This document shows, in pieces, positions 14,001-26,976 of a stretch of DNA of 64,000 nucleotides (the stretch's first letter is position 1; the number at the start of each line of letters is the position of its first letter). Location: assembly GCF_964355755.1 (NCBI RefSeq), contig NC_092671.1, forward strand, positions 33,676,304-33,740,303, in the 5' to 3' direction. The stretch comes from Antedon mediterranea (Eukaryota; Animalia; Echinodermata). The position numbers were made by a program, and so were the translations under genes. Below the pieces are notes generated by a model. That model ran no database searches. It worked only from the letters and a program-made list of their open reading frames with translations, and had not been told where the DNA came from.

Positions 14001-15205
14001 TCAGAGACAACTATAGACCAATTCATTGTCATTATTCCGTATCCCTGTTACATAATATTTTTGAATGTTACCGACAAAACTTATACATAATATGTATAAG
14101 TTTTGTCGGTGTATATTATACACGTCTGTTCCCAGTGTAGATAATAAAACAATATATGTTTCTGGAGATTTATTATCAATACTATAGGGTAATGCGTTTA
14201 AGAGCTTCGGCTCATTGCATACCCGTTTTGTATCAAATAAGTTTATAGAAATATTCTTGTGAAAGAAATACTGTATTATTTTGTTGTTGATACAAATAAA
14301 TGGTACGTATATAGTACCGCGAATGATACCACTAGAAACTTTGACATGTTTTAGGTACTGAATGCATTGACAATAAAAGCATCAGAAGTTATCATGATAA
14401 ATTCATACTACAACAATGTACTACAGTACACAAGGGTGTTTTCAGGAAAGCTGGACATATTGTACAATAGTAATGAAACTATGTATTGGCATTTAAAAAT
14501 ATGCAAAAATTGTTGTCAAATTGTAGTCACAAACAAACAGATGATAGAATGAAGATCCATTATGAGTGCAATCGTGTCAGGATAATGATATGTCATTGTT
14601 TTATTTCATTATACTGGCACCTGGAGAAGATCCATTTAATGTTATCTATGACACTGTCACTATTCTAAAAGACAGAAACATTTCGTTAAAGAGCATAAAG
14701 AAGAAAACGAATCATGTAAAGTACCTTTTATCAGTTGAGAAACAAATTATAATTATTAAAATTAGAGTATTTATTCGAATTAACACCCGCAAATAACAAA
14801 ATGTTTATTTCAAACAATTTAAGACCAAATTCAATTGGTCAGTAGCATTTCCGGTAATTTTGACTAAAATTTCCCATTAGACTGAATATAAATGTATACC
14901 TTCTGATCAATTTGAAACAAAAATTACCTCACTGTGACCAGTGGTTGTTGAGATTTAAGGACCTATTTGTGTTTAGTTTGATAACCTTTCACCCTGACCT
15001 TTTGACATTTCGCCACATTTTCAAAATGTGTAACCAAGCCAATAATGATTGTTTGATCATCCTAAACCAATTTCTGAAGTCAAATTCTCTGGACCTGAAA
15101 GTGCATATACGAAAGTTAATCTACCTACTAGAGTATATATCCATTGTGTCAATTCAAATGTTTCATGCTTTCTCTATTTTAGGTGGTATCGGAGAAGAAC
15201 CTTAA
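2067..15205 (+). CDS. Gene A1, paralog of A2 (ATG and signal exons expected upstream of the window). Exons 2067-2120, 10900-10926, 11020-11052, 11145-11171, [11261-11295 donor-less, stop], 11330-11356, 11482-11514, 11950-11976, 12071-12106, 15183-15205
   Basis: Same splice signals and exon sizes as A2 (54,27,33,27,27,33,27,36 nt). Translation ...APSPPHPPAVWNYGTTENYDRIRRQARTPSWDEMITNNYDRARRYANYDRYRRQARTPSWDEMITNNYDRARRYARTRYIWNDINDDSGIGEEP*. AATAAA near 15419. Confidence 0.8.
2703..3998 (+). mobile_element. Helitron family 1, complete copy. Partial copies adjoin at 2152-2701 and ~4000-4510
   Basis: a|TCTATATATAAATTTACGTAAGGGC ... CCATCTAG|t, colinear with 54432-55708. Confidence 0.88.
4841..7051 (+). 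CDS. Harbinger Myb/SANT (trihelix-type) DNA-binding protein, ~514 aa. Exons 4841-5180, 5377-5448, 5683-5823, 6060-7051
   Basis: MWTEEVT..LWGE..IYKEIS..QVNTKLKTLRKQY..CPHYEVLDRILG is a Myb/SANT-like signature. It is followed by an acidic linker, RKRKK, a coiled-coil-like stretch and a TSTP-repeat tail. GT-AG introns keep the frame. Confidence 0.88.
6427..7020 (+). repeat. 18-bp coding minisatellite (CACTAGTACACCAGCTCG / CACTAGTACACCACATTA variants)
   Basis: About 30 tandem units encoding TSTPAR/TSTPHY/TSIPAP in the last exon of the Myb-like gene. Confidence 0.92.
7678..10552 (-). CDS. Harbinger (HARBI1-like) DDE transposase, ~363 aa. Exons 10552-10408, 9021-8595, 8415-8310, 8091-7678
   Basis: Motifs RMSKDTF..LC, LWRLST, GFPQCAGAIDGSHIPI, YFNRKGHYS..LQAVVD, GWPGKVHDARVF, IGDPSYPL, VVKRAFGLLKGRWR, ACCILHNFC. 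The spliced frame is open. Confidence 0.92.
9356..10283. mobile_element. MITE-like non-autonomous element nested in transposase intron 1
   Basis: ~140-bp inverted repeats: GCCGCGATTTTTTTTTTCGTACATAAGTTGGGGACCCCCTCATGAAACGT.. and its reverse complement at ~10145-10276. Exact ends and TSD not resolved. Confidence 0.8.
12553..15137. mobile_element. Non-autonomous TIR element with ~250-bp TIRs and a TA duplication, in the last intron of A1
   Basis: Ends CTCTAGTAGCTAGATCAACTTTCGTAT.. / ..ATACGAAAGTTAATCTACCTACTAGAG. Absent from A2 (attca-TA-tccatt at ~50970). Confidence 0.82.
14070..14110. repeat. Perfect palindrome with 20-bp arms
   Basis: ACCGACAAAACTTATACATA-A-TATGTATAAGTTTTGTCGGT. Confidence 0.85.
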
Positions 15206-15490
15206 ATTTGCCTTTGAGGAAAACAGTTCGTAAACCAATGTAACGGTTGTTATTTCAGTTCTGTCAATTTTGTGTAATAGTCTAATATTTGACAACCAAT
15301 TAAAAGTTTCTGTTACTGAATGTATCATACCATAGGCCTAGTTGTTTTATATTTGTTGTTGGTGTTGAAAGTCATATCAATTTTATATCTTGCAAAAAAA
15401 GGGACATAATAATTATAATAATAAAGAAGAATATCGGTATGGAAAAAAATGTACTGTATAAAACAGATTAAAACAGAATTCCAAATGAGA

Positions 15491-18400
15491 CCCAGGTGAA
15501 AATTCCAGTTGAGACCAGTTGGAAATTCCAATTGGTCCAACTGGTATTCAACTGGTCCAACTGGTTTTCAATTGGTCCAACTGATTTCCAATTGGTTCAA
15601 CTGGTTTTCTGAACTGGTCAGCTATTTTTTCCAACTGGTTTTCAATTGGTCCAACTGGTCGGTTTTTTCAACTGGTTTTCTCAACTGGTCAGCTGTTTTC
15701 CAACTGGTTTTCAATTGGTCCAACTGGTTGATTATTCCAATTGGTTTTCCCAACTGGTTTTTCTAACTGTTTTTTTTCCATAACGTCAACTGGTTTTCCC
15801 AACTGGTCTCCACAACTGGTCTCCAACTGTTTTTCCCCCATCAGGTCAACTGGTTTTTCAAGCACTACTCAGTAGGCCTATAGGCTGGTTGTTTTCTTAA
15901 CTGGTCCAAAACAGATTTTGCAACCAGGTAAATTGGTATTTCCCAACTGGCTTTTATAACCAATTGTGTGCAAGGAGAGGGCAGGAAGGGTAGAGGGAAG
16001 TGGGGGGGGGGGAAAGGGGGGTGGGGTAGGATGAGAGGGAAAGGAATGGTAGGGAAGAAGGGGATCCTCCTCCGGGAGGAAGGATATGAGCTAGTGCGCG
16101 CATAGTCCCATAATGACTTATGACAAACTGATACAAATATGTCAATTTAATTAATATCATTATTTGTAAAATATTCAATTATTATTGTGTAAAATATTCA
16201 ATTATTGCTACAAACACAAAAAATTAAAACGAAAGTAAAATTTTTTTTTGAAATAATTGACGAGCATGCGCACACCAGTGTAATTCTCGTATCAACCAAT
16301 CAAAACATTGCTCTCTTAACGACCAACTGTCCAAAACGGCTTCCTATTACTGTGCGTCCTGGCAAGAAATCGTTGGATTAAACTGAGGCATGTTCCTGCC
16401 TAGCTGCTCCAGTACATATGACTCTATTTTGCAGTATTTTGATGTTTTTCTATTCCAAAATGGTTGTACAATTTATTTGTCTCAGTGATAATGTCAGGAA
16501 AGTGTTTTTAATCACACATTTGGCTGGACGGCAGTCACACATATCGGCTGCATATCATGGCGACGGTGGCAATCAGGACCGAATGGATACAGAGGAACAA
16601 ATTGCTGTTTTATAAAAAAGGTGGTAGGCCTGGCTTGATGTATAATTTCTAAGTATTATCACTCCCGGAGATCGACAAAAAAGCATCCCTAGTAGGCTTA
16701 CAGTAGCTAGCCTATTGCATATAATAGGGGCCTAGACTCTAGGCTTAGGCCTAGGCCTTGTTTTATTTAGGGGGCACTGCAGGGTGTCAGATGAAATTGG
16801 TCGCGTCTGAAATCGGTCGCGTTTGAAATCGGTCGCGATAAAATCAACTTCCGGTATTTTGTATGGCGCGCCGCTAGAGCTATACGTTTAATGATATCGG
16901 TCGCGTTTGAAATCGGTCGCGCTATTTTGCATGGGACGCACTACGATACATTTTTAATGAAAACGCTAATTATGTTTTTAGTTAATTTTGAATATAGAAT
17001 TTCTAACTAATACTATTAATATTTTGTTTACCTCGATCGTTATTATTTTTTTAGTACAGTAGGCTTAAATATAAATATTTATCTCATTATTTATAAATAA
17101 TTTGTGTTTTCATTTTATCTTACAGGTGTCAATGAATAATTGTAATGTGTTCGTTTAGAAAATCGGGTTAAAAAGTGTTATTGAATATTGTTTAAGTTTT
17201 TGAAAAGATTAGCATGCCACTGTTTAAAGTTTTAAAAATGTTGAATTAAACAAGTAGACGCGCATATTGCGTATTTTTTTTTATCACAGTTAATTACGAA
17301 ACTAGTTCTATACCTGCAAGTGGATACCAGCTCAATGAGGTTTATGCAATAAAGGAAGATGATGTATGACGATGATTTTTACGTTCGATATCCGCCACTC
17401 TTACGTGAGCATGGTTTTAGGATAATACTAATAAAATAATATGCCGTTATATATCAATCTAAACTGTACAATGATAGGCCTAGTGATTATTATAAATGTA
17501 TAGAAAATATATAGAAATAAAAGATATTCAAAATTAAAAACTATAGTATTGCCGAAGTACGTAAATTATATACTGTACATCATTTCACCATGGAACTAGG
17601 TTTCACAAAACACGTTCAGGCCTATAGATGTTTTAAACGTATGGTTATTAGTAATAGGCCTATTATACGTCATCTTTACATGTCCATGGACAACGATCGC
17701 CGTACGTGTTTTGTCCATGATTTGACACACTAGTGCGTGTTTTTTTTTTAAGGGAATCCCCGTCAGCAAAATAACGTGCAGTTAACGTCTGCATGATCAT
17801 AGAAGGCGCATCCACGATATGATTAATGGCCTATTTCGGGGTTTATTTCAGTAACTCGCCTTTTAACGATCCGCATATAATAATCATTTTTTACTAGAAA
17901 ATATTTTAGGCCTAAACATTAGAAATAAAAATATACACGTGATTTGCCTCAACAATATTCATTATTTTATAGGCCTAAACTTAATATTATCCTACATAAC
18001 GTACGGACATAAATAAAATAGAAATTAAAATACGGTAAGGTAATCCAATAGTAAGTTTTTAACGACATGGATATGATATATCTGCCACAGTATGCATAAG
18101 TATAAAAATGGATACGCTGGCTTTACGGGCTATTATTATATTGTTTGATTAATAAAAGACACAGACGTATATTCTCTATATAATATATTAATTACACAGT
18201 ACATAATAAAATAGAGGTAAATTATTATATGCCTAATAAAATATTTAAACGTGTTTAGAAATGGCCATTTAGAAAAGACACAGTCCTTCTTCTCCGAGAC
18301 ATGTGAAATAAAAAAAAAATGATAATAAATATTTATTAACCAAAATAAAAAATATCCACATAAATAATCTAGTTCCTAAAAAATATCAATTAAATAAACT

Positions 18401-19890
18401 ATATAAACGAAGAAAATGTATATCCCGCTAGCATGCATCTCGCTCCATACAAAATAGCGCGACCGATTTCAAACGTGACCAATTTCAAACGTATAGCTCT
18501 AGCGGCGCGCCATACAAAATACCGGAAGTTGATTTTATCGCGACCGATTTCAAACGCGACCGATTTCAGACGCGACCGATTTCATCGTAAACCCACTGCA
18601 GGCCTACTGGGTAGAGGCCTGCTAGAGTAGTAGGCCTAGCTAATAAAAGCTAGCTTACAACAGATGGCTAGGCCTCTCACTATGGCTAGCCTAGGCCTAT
18701 GTTAATTTGGTGGTTGCTGAATTACATTTATTTTTACATTCATCATTTACGGCCGCTAAAATGCTAGCTAGGTAGGCCTCCTATCCTAGGCTAGCTAGTA
18801 TTACTCTCTAGCCTAGGCCCTAGTAGTACTAGTAGGCCTGCCTCTCCTCCTACTACTACTGTACTACCCTATCCTATACAAATAAGGCTACAAAAGCAAA
18901 TATATGCCTAGGCATAGCCTGAGGTAATTATACATTTATGATTTAATAATAATTATTTCATTTAGGGATAGGCCCTCTTTTAATAATACAAATAAATAAT
19001 ATTCATAATGATCCATCTTCTGAAAATTCAAAATTATTGCCAGTTCTGTACTCTTATCTCGGCCTACCAAAAAGTAATCTCGCCTAGGCCTACTGTAATC
19101 CATGCTGTTTTCAGTCATAATTTTTATATTATTATATCTTTCATTCAAATTGCAGATGATTTCTAGCAGATTATTTGAACACAATTACAAGGCTGTGGCG
19201 GCTGTATTAAATACTAACCAAGCCAGTCATAATGCTGCAAAAGCACAGTAAAAAATTGAAGGGTAAGTTAAAATCATTTTTTTATAGACGACATTGAATA
19301 ATTTTAATTTAATAAATACAATATCTATAATTTTTTTTTCTTTTTGATTACTTTTCAGATCAATTGTTGAGACATGACTAAATATTAAGAAGGCCATAAG
19401 CAAGTCGCTTCATAGTCGCTTCTATATTATTACTAAATAAAATGTACTTGTAAAAAGCAACGGGAATACAGGGTATACTGGTTATTATTTATTAAGATGT
19501 TTGTGTAATGGCTGTGTATGTTAAGGTATAACATTAATAAAGTTAATAAAGTATACAATTAAACAAGTTCTCTTGTTTGTGTATTTGTTTCAGTACTGAA
19601 TTTTGGACCAATTGGAAAATTTCCAACTAGGATTGACCAGACCAGTTGGAAAATTTCCAGCTGGTTTTCAATTAAAAATTATTCCTGTGACCAGTTGGAA
19701 CTGGAACCAGTTGGACCAATTGGAACCAGTTGGAACTGGGACCAGTTGGAACTGGGACCAGTTGGAACTGGGACCAGTTGGAACTGAGACCAGTTGGAAC
19801 TGGAACCAGTTGGACCAGTTGGAAAAAAACGAATTTCCATCATCCAACTGGTTCCAGTTCCAACTGGTCCAACTGGAATTTTTACCTGGG
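15491..19890. mobile_element. CACTA/EnSpm-like (CMC) non-autonomous element
   Basis: TIR CCCAGGTGAAAATTCCAGTTG / CAACTGGAATTTTTACCTGGG with GA on both sides (2-bp TSD). Dense subterminal CCAACTGG/CCAATTGG repeats at 15500-15960 and 19600-19880. Absent at the paralogous site ~51355. Confidence 0.8.
16783..18593. mobile_element. Nested TIR element (MULE- or hAT-like), ~1.8 kb
   Basis: ~150-bp TIRs containing AAATCGGTCGCG repeats, GG...CC ends, and the direct repeat CACTGCAG on both sides (8 bp, possibly 9). Confidence 0.85.
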
Positions 19891-20285
19891 GAGTAGTCAG
19901 GTGGCACTTTTTGTGAGAAATAGAATAATAATAGAATTGTTAAAAAACAGACCAACACCATTGTAATGCTTTAACAATACAAGATTATGCATCTCCTGAG
20001 ACTAAACAATATATTGGCTAACATAACGCTATTACGTTATACAGCCATACCGTAAATAAAATGGTGGGTATCAGTATTTGCATAAAGTAACTCTACAGTG
20101 TTTATAGGTTACAGGACATTAATTAACATTCAAATTAATAGAAACAGTAAGTTTTTAAAACCTTTCAAACAGGTGAATAATTAATAAAAGTCCCAAATAC
20201 CGAATTAAAAAATTATCTAAGTCACCAAAACGATTATAAATGTGACAGGTTACTGGACTTGTTTCCACGAAGACCGTAGTCTGGT

Positions 20286-23200
20286 TTAGTTTACTCCTTT
20301 AGGAGGTAGGCCTGCTGAAAGAAAATGGAAATTGTTTTAAAAGTTAATATCATTTTAACATGCGTATACAATACCAACTATAATAACTACGTTATGCGAA
20401 ATCTTATTCCCATGTGATATTATGCTGTTCGCACTGTTATGCCTTATAAAAATTACATGATAGGCCTGATTGTCATATAAACAACACCATTAATAGGATT
20501 ATTACCGATTAAATCGCTTTACACACAATATTGTATTTAAAGATATTTTTAGGAAGCACTTCTTTAATTTGTTTCCTGTTTTCAAATGATATATTATCAG
20601 CATTCAATCAGAAACAGATACATTTGGCTTCTTGTTAAAAGGCATTGATATTATGTGAAATGATATTTTTTATTGTTATAAGAGAATATTAGGGATTACC
20701 GGGAAAAAAAGTTGAGCAGGGTTCAATTATACCAAACGCTGGTTTGCAACGAAGGCGTACTGCCATACCTCGGGTAGGTTTATTATTAGGTTCAATTATA
20801 CCAGACGCTGGTTTTCAACGAAGGCGTACTGTAATACCTTGGGTAGGTTTATTACTGGGTTCAATTATACCAAACGCTGGTTTGCAATGAAGGCGTACTG
20901 CCATACCTCGAGTAGGTTTATTATTGGGTTCAATATACCAACGTTGGTTTGCAACGAAGGCGTACTGCCATACCTCGGGTAAGTTTATTATTGGGTTCAA
21001 TATACCAAACGCTGGTTTGCAACGAAGGCGTACTGCCATACCTTGGGTAGGTTTATTATTGGGTTCAATATACAAAACGCTGGTTTGCAACGAAGGCGTA
21101 CTGCCATACCTCGGGTAGGTTTATTATTGGGTTCAATATACCAACGTTGGTTTGCAACGAAGGCGTACTGCCATACCTCGGGTAGGTTTATTATTGGGTT
21201 CAATATACAAAACGCTGGTTTGCAACGAAGGCCTACTGCCATACCTCGGGTAGGTTTATTATTGGGTTCAATATACAAAACGCTGGTTTGCAACGAAGGC
21301 GTACTGCCATACCTCGGGTAGGTTTATTATTGGGTTGAATTATACCAAACGCTGGTTTGTGACGAAGGCGTACTGCCATACCTCGGGTAGGTTTATTATT
21401 GGGTTCAATTATACCAAACGCTGGTTTGTGACGAAGGCGTACTGCCATACCTCGGGTAGGTTTATTATTGGGTTCAATATACCAAACGCTGATTTGAAAC
21501 GAAGGCGTACTGTCATACCTTGGGTAGGTTTATTACTGGGTTCAATTATACCAAACGCTGGTTTGCAACGAAGGCGTACTGCCATACCTCGGGTAGGTTT
21601 ATTATTGGGTTCAATTATACCAAACGCTGGTTTGCAACGAAGGCGTACTGCGATACCTCGGGTAGGTTTATTATTTGGTTCAATTATACCAAACGCTGGT
21701 TTGCAACGAAGGCGTACTGCCATACCTCGGGTAGGTTTATTATTGGGTTCAATTATACCAAACGCTGGTTTGCAACGAAGGCGCACTGCCATACCTCGGG
21801 TAGGTTTATTATTGGGTTCAATTATACCAAACGCTGGTTTGCAAGGAAGGCGTACTGCCATACCTCGGGTAGGTTTATTACTGGGTTCAATTATACCAAA
21901 CGCTGGTTTGTGACGAAGGCGTACTGCCATACCTCGGGTAGCTTTATTATTGAGTTAAATTATACCAAACGCTGGTTTGCAACGAAGGCGTACTGCCATA
22001 ACTCGGGTAGGTTTATTATTGGGTTCAATTATACCAAACACTGGTTTGCAACGAAGGCGTACTGCCATACCTCGGGTAGGTTTATTATTGGGTTCAATTA
22101 TACCAAACGCTGGTTTGCAACGAAGGCGTACTGCCATACCTCGGGTAGGTTTATTACTGGGTTCAATTATACCAAACGCTGGTTTGTGACGAAGGCGTAC
22201 TGCCATACCTCGGGTAGGTTTATTATTGGGTTCAATATACAAAACGCTGGTTTGCAACGAAGGCGTACTGCCATACCTCGGGTAGGTTTATTATTGGGTT
22301 CAATATACCAACGTTGGTTTGCAACGAAGGCGTACTGCCATACCTCGGGTAGGTTTATTATTGGGTTCAATATACAAAACGCTGGTTTGCAACGAAGGCG
22401 TACTGCCATACCTCGGGTAGGTTTATTATTGGGTTGAATTATACCAAACGCTGGTTTGTGACGAAGGCGTACTGCCATACCTCGGGTAGGTTTATTATTG
22501 GGTTCAATTATACCAAACGCTTGTTTGTGACGAAGGCGTACTGCCATACCTCGGGTAGGTTTATTATTGGGTTCAATATACCAAACGCTGATTTGAAACG
22601 AAGGCGTACTGTCATACCTCGGGTAGGTTTATTACTGGGTTCAATTATACCAAACGCTGGTTTGCAACGAAGGCGTACTGCCATACCTCGGGTAGGTTTA
22701 TTATTGGGTTCAATTATACCAAACGCTGGTTTGCAACGAAGGCGTACTGCGATACCTCGGGTAGGTTTATTATTTGGTTCAATTATACCAAACGCTGGTT
22801 TGCAACGAAGGCGTACTGCCATACCTCGGGTAGGTTTATTATTGGGTTCAATTATACCAAACGCTGGTTTGCAACGAAGGCGCACTGCCATACCTCGGGT
22901 AGGTTTATTATTGGGTTCAATTATACCAAACGCTGGTTTGCAACGAAGGCGTACTGCCATACCTCGGGTAGGTTTATTACTGGGTTCAATTATACCAAAC
23001 GCTGGTTTGTGACGAAGGCGTACTGCCATACCTCGGGTAGGTTTATTATTGGGTTCAATTATATCAAACGCTGGTTTGCAACGAAGGCGTACTGCCATAC
23101 ATTGGGTAGGTTTATTATTTGGATTTTAATTTGACTTATTGTACAGTTGTAACTTACCTTCAGTGTTTATTTTCTTAGGAGGTCCTGAAACAATTAAACA

Positions 23201-26200
23201 AAAACATAGGAACATTTTGAAATTTATATTCATGTTAACATTTGGATAAGTTATTAGGTTTGCAGGTTTGGTTATCAAATGTTATCTACTTTTTAACTGG
23301 TTTATTATCCCAAACGATCTGTGTTATAATCTGAAAAGGAATCAGTAATTAAGTATTTTACATTAGTATTGATTGTAGTTGAACATGGTGCATACGACTT
23401 TCATAATTACGGTTGAATTGTGTTTTGGCTTTTTAAAAAAAATTTAGATATTTTGATTTATGTGACATATCCGTTTAAGAGTTTCTTCTTTCTTCTGGAC
23501 ATATTTCGATTTGGTTTTCATTACTTACTTTCAGCGTTTATTTCCATAATAGAAGACTCTGTAACAAAGATTATTAGTAGGAAACATGAAGAATACATTG
23601 TCATTTTCAAACTTAATTATCAAATCCCCTTTTATTTCAACATCTAGAAAGATATTTTGGATTAAAAAAGAAGTTATCAACCTTTTCCTAATACAGGATG
23701 TGCGAATACGGGATGATCGACACACACAATTGGTGCTGACCAGGGTTCAATTAGACAAAAGACTGATTAGCGCTGAGGGCGTATCCATACTTGGTTTCGG
23801 TTTAGGTTTTTTTCTCACACGTCTGTAGAGCACTTAGATGTTTCACGACATCAAAGAGATTAGCATGCATTAAACTTTCAGAATGTTAAAGCGGCAGAAG
23901 AAAACTATAAAATGTGCAAACTTATTTCCCCACATGTGAGTAAGGTCGTAATATTGATTACGCCTATAATTATAAAATACTAGAGGGTGAGCTCGCTTCG
24001 CTCGTTCCCCCTCTAGGAAGTGTAGACGATGGTTCTCGGAATAATATGGAATGAGACGGGTAAACAGGTTTTAAAAGGACGTTCTCCTTGTACGTTTTCT
24101 GTCGGTTACCATTATTGAAAATGCTTGACAGATCGTAAAACTAAACCTGTCTTAGATGATTAATAATATTTTAAAGGATAGTGTTTATTGTTTGGTAGGG
24201 TCATTATAGGTTGGAGGTGGGGAGGCGGAGATCATTTGAGGTAGGTGCATATTCGAGGGATAATTTTGTGTTTTAATAATATGGTAACATTATTTTATAA
24301 TCAAATTAAATCCTCTAATAGATATGAAAAGTGGTAAAAAGAAAAACAGATGCTTGGTAAATTGTAGATAATAGAGATGAATTCTACTACAATTAGTATA
24401 ATTGTGTTATTATAAATATAATACTTTATTTGTGTGTATTATAAATGAGGATGGGCGTTTATTATTCAAAGTGATGTTTTTTTTGGAGAGGCGTTTATTA
24501 AAATAAATACCATCCTACTAATTAATACTTTATTTAATTTAAACATCTTTTGAAATTAACTTCCGCGACAAAGTAAGCCGTTTCAGCCCAAGAAAAAAGA
24601 CGTTTTAGACGGCTTGCAACATGGGCGGACATTCTGGTCCTAACGGACTTTATGGCGTATATTTACTTTTATCTTTATTAATTTGATTGCAGTATAATTT
24701 TTATTTTTTAACTACTGTACCTTCGCAGGCGTGGTCCGCTTCTAAAATAAACAAAAACATCTAAAATGGCTATAGCCTATAACTATATAACGACCAACTT
24801 AGTTGAAACCAGGTTGTTGCAAAGTGAACTAATTGTGAACCCAGAAATTACTTTGACTACGTAGAATTAAAATTGAGTCGAAAATCTGACGTTGAAATCA
24901 TAAATTTTGTTAAAAAACTCTTTATAATATCTTTCTAAGATAGAAATATGGAACAATATCGTAATAGTAAAATCCATTGTTGTCAAATTTAGATTTCAAG
25001 GTACATCTGAGATAGATCAGGTAGGCATCCAAGGCAGAGATTTGTACCGAAGTTTTTTTTTATGCTCGTCTAATTTATGTCAGAATTAACCATAATTTAT
25101 ATATAGATTATGATTATTAAAATAATAAAATAGAATAATATAGTATACCATCACCTTCTTCACCTCGACGAACTCTGTCATGAACTGAAATAACATAACA
25201 TATTAAAAACGGGTGATTAATAGCAAGAATATTGCATTAAAACATTGAATGTTAGTGTTTTGTGTTAAACAGATGTAAAGTTCATGCTTAAGATTGATTC
25301 CATTGTGTTTTTGAATTCATTATTCACTTTGTAAACGTAATATGTGGTCCCCTACCGGTATCGTTTATATTATAGTAATGTGTATTAAATTTGCGAATAA
25401 ATATAATTATTACTGTACATTGAACATAAAAAGAAATATATAATACATAATTATATTACATGGTATTAAAATGTTGAAAATCATAAATTATCCAAGCAAT
25501 GATTATCCGCTATCATCGTATTTATTTTATTTTATGAATACAGTACTATTATTCTATTATGAGGTTCTGAAAAAGATCAGACAAAAAGCATGAACACTTT
25601 GAAATTTATATTCATGTAACAGATAAGTTGATGTTTGTAACCGTGTTTATCAAAAATGTGTTATCTACTTTTAGTTTAGGTCAACATTTGAAGGATTTGT
25701 TTAATCCAAAAAGCAATTAATCAAAGTAGCCTACTAATGTAAGAATGTATGCCTATGGTTATAATGGAACATGGTACACAGACAATGCAAATGGTTGTAT
25801 TTGTGTTCGAATTAAGGTCACGTGCAGTGCGGTACGGTAATTAGTTCTACCTAACAGAAAAGTGACGATAAGTAATGATAATAAATTTAATGATAAAGTG
25901 ATGATAATTAATGTTTCTAATTTGTCTCGTGTCGTCTCTATATAAATTTCTTTCTAGTCCTAGGCCTATATTGAAGAAATAATTCGGACTAGGTGTTAAA
26001 CTTCTTCTTATATTGATACCGTTTGAGCTCTTAAGTCGGCGTTCACAGTATAAATACAGTTCCTTCGCATTAATACCTATCGTCAGGATCATCCCCGATG
26101 ATGATAGAATTGATTTAGAAATAATGATTACTTGCACCATGACGTGCATTCGATAACGTTTGTAGAATAAAGCTCTTTCTTCAATCTACACTATCAAATT

Positions 26201-26976
26201 AGTTTGACAAAAAAGGGTTTTTTACAAATTATACTGCATGTTATGCATATTTTGTTTTATTTTTAAACTTACCTTCAGCGTTTAATCCAGATCTTTTAGC
26301 AGCAGGTTCTGAAGCAATAAAGAAAAAATTAACTTTAAAGTGTATAAGTTTTCAAATTAGATTAATAATATATTTTGCTTTGATTTTTGTTTTCGCGTTC
26401 GATTCGCGAACACATTTGCCTAGAGTGAAAATCGGCTTAAAGACTTACTCCTCTGACATTGCCCAAATTCAGGTTGCAAGAAGAACACGACCAAAAATAC
26501 TACCACCAACGTTTGTAATCTCCTGAAAATTGTACTCAAAATATTATTTTGAAAACAAACATAGGATTAATAAGGTCAGTGAATATTTAAGCACCTACTC
26601 CGCTTCCGCTTTAGATCCAGTTCGCGTCAGTACATACAGCATTTACGGCTTTTCGTTTATACGACGCGCCACGCGGATACTTCTGACTTATAGATGTGCG
26701 TATAGTGTAGCCGGCTAGTCGCGTATAGCAGTGTGAAAACTGAACAGTGAGATGACGGGCCACGCGGATACTTCTGACGTATAGATTTCCGCATAGTGTA
26801 GCCGGCTAGTCGCGTATAGCAGTGTGAAAACGAAACAGTGAGATGTGATTGTATTAATCGCAGCCGGAACCAGAGCAGATGTGAAAACAGTGAGATGGGA
26901 TTGTATTAGCCGCAGCCGGAACCGTAGCAGATGTGAAAGACGCTTTAGCTGGTACTTACAATTGAGCAGCTGCCAT
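20286..26976 (-). CDS. Gene B1: micro-exon gene for a secreted peptide precursor, ~80 aa. Exons 26976-26960, 26522-26449, 26308-26273, 25184-25155, 23558-23529, 23184-23158, 20314-20286
   Basis: All junctions are cag/gt and in frame. Translation: MAAAQLRLQTLVVVFLVVFFLQPEFGQCQRKPAAKRSGLNAEVHDRVRRGEEESSIMEINAERPPKKINTEAGLPPKGVN*. The RVRR exon (CATGACAGAGTTCGTCGA) matches the RIRR exon of gene A (TATGACAGAATTCGTCGA). Confidence 0.8.
20718..23120. repeat. 69-bp tandem satellite (~35 units, some of 67-68 bp) in the last intron of B1
   Basis: Unit GGGTTCAATTATACCAAACGCTGGTTTGCAACGAAGGCGTACTGCCATACCTCGGGTAGGTTTATTATT. Confidence 0.95.
23980..25107 (-). mobile_element. Non-autonomous Helitron, family 2 (paralogous copy 56706-57949, partial copy ending ~52526)
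   Basis: Minus strand starts TCTATATATAAATTATGG and ends with a hairpin plus CTAG (CTAGAGGGTGAGCTCGCTTCGCTCGTTCCCCCTCTAG on +). Confidence 0.75.

Noticed and set aside
15183-15243. Alternative frame WYRRRTLNLPLRK.. for the last exon of gene A
   Set aside because: Needs a phase-2 junction and is frameshifted in A2. The phase-1 reading SGIGEEP* is conserved with a synonymous change.
16500-19450. Exon-like remnants inside the EnSpm-like element
   Set aside because: In-frame stops and no recognisable domain, so no product can be supported.
15509-19966. NWSNW/QLDQL-rich ORFs
   Set aside because: Translations of the CCAACTGG subterminal repeats of the TIR element.
20718-23120. CRISPR-like array, or protein-coding ORFs of up to 305 aa in the 69-bp repeat
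   Set aside because: Units are contiguous with no unique spacers, there are no cas genes, and the context is eukaryotic. The ORFs arise because 69 is a multiple of 3 and they are broken by 67/68-bp units.
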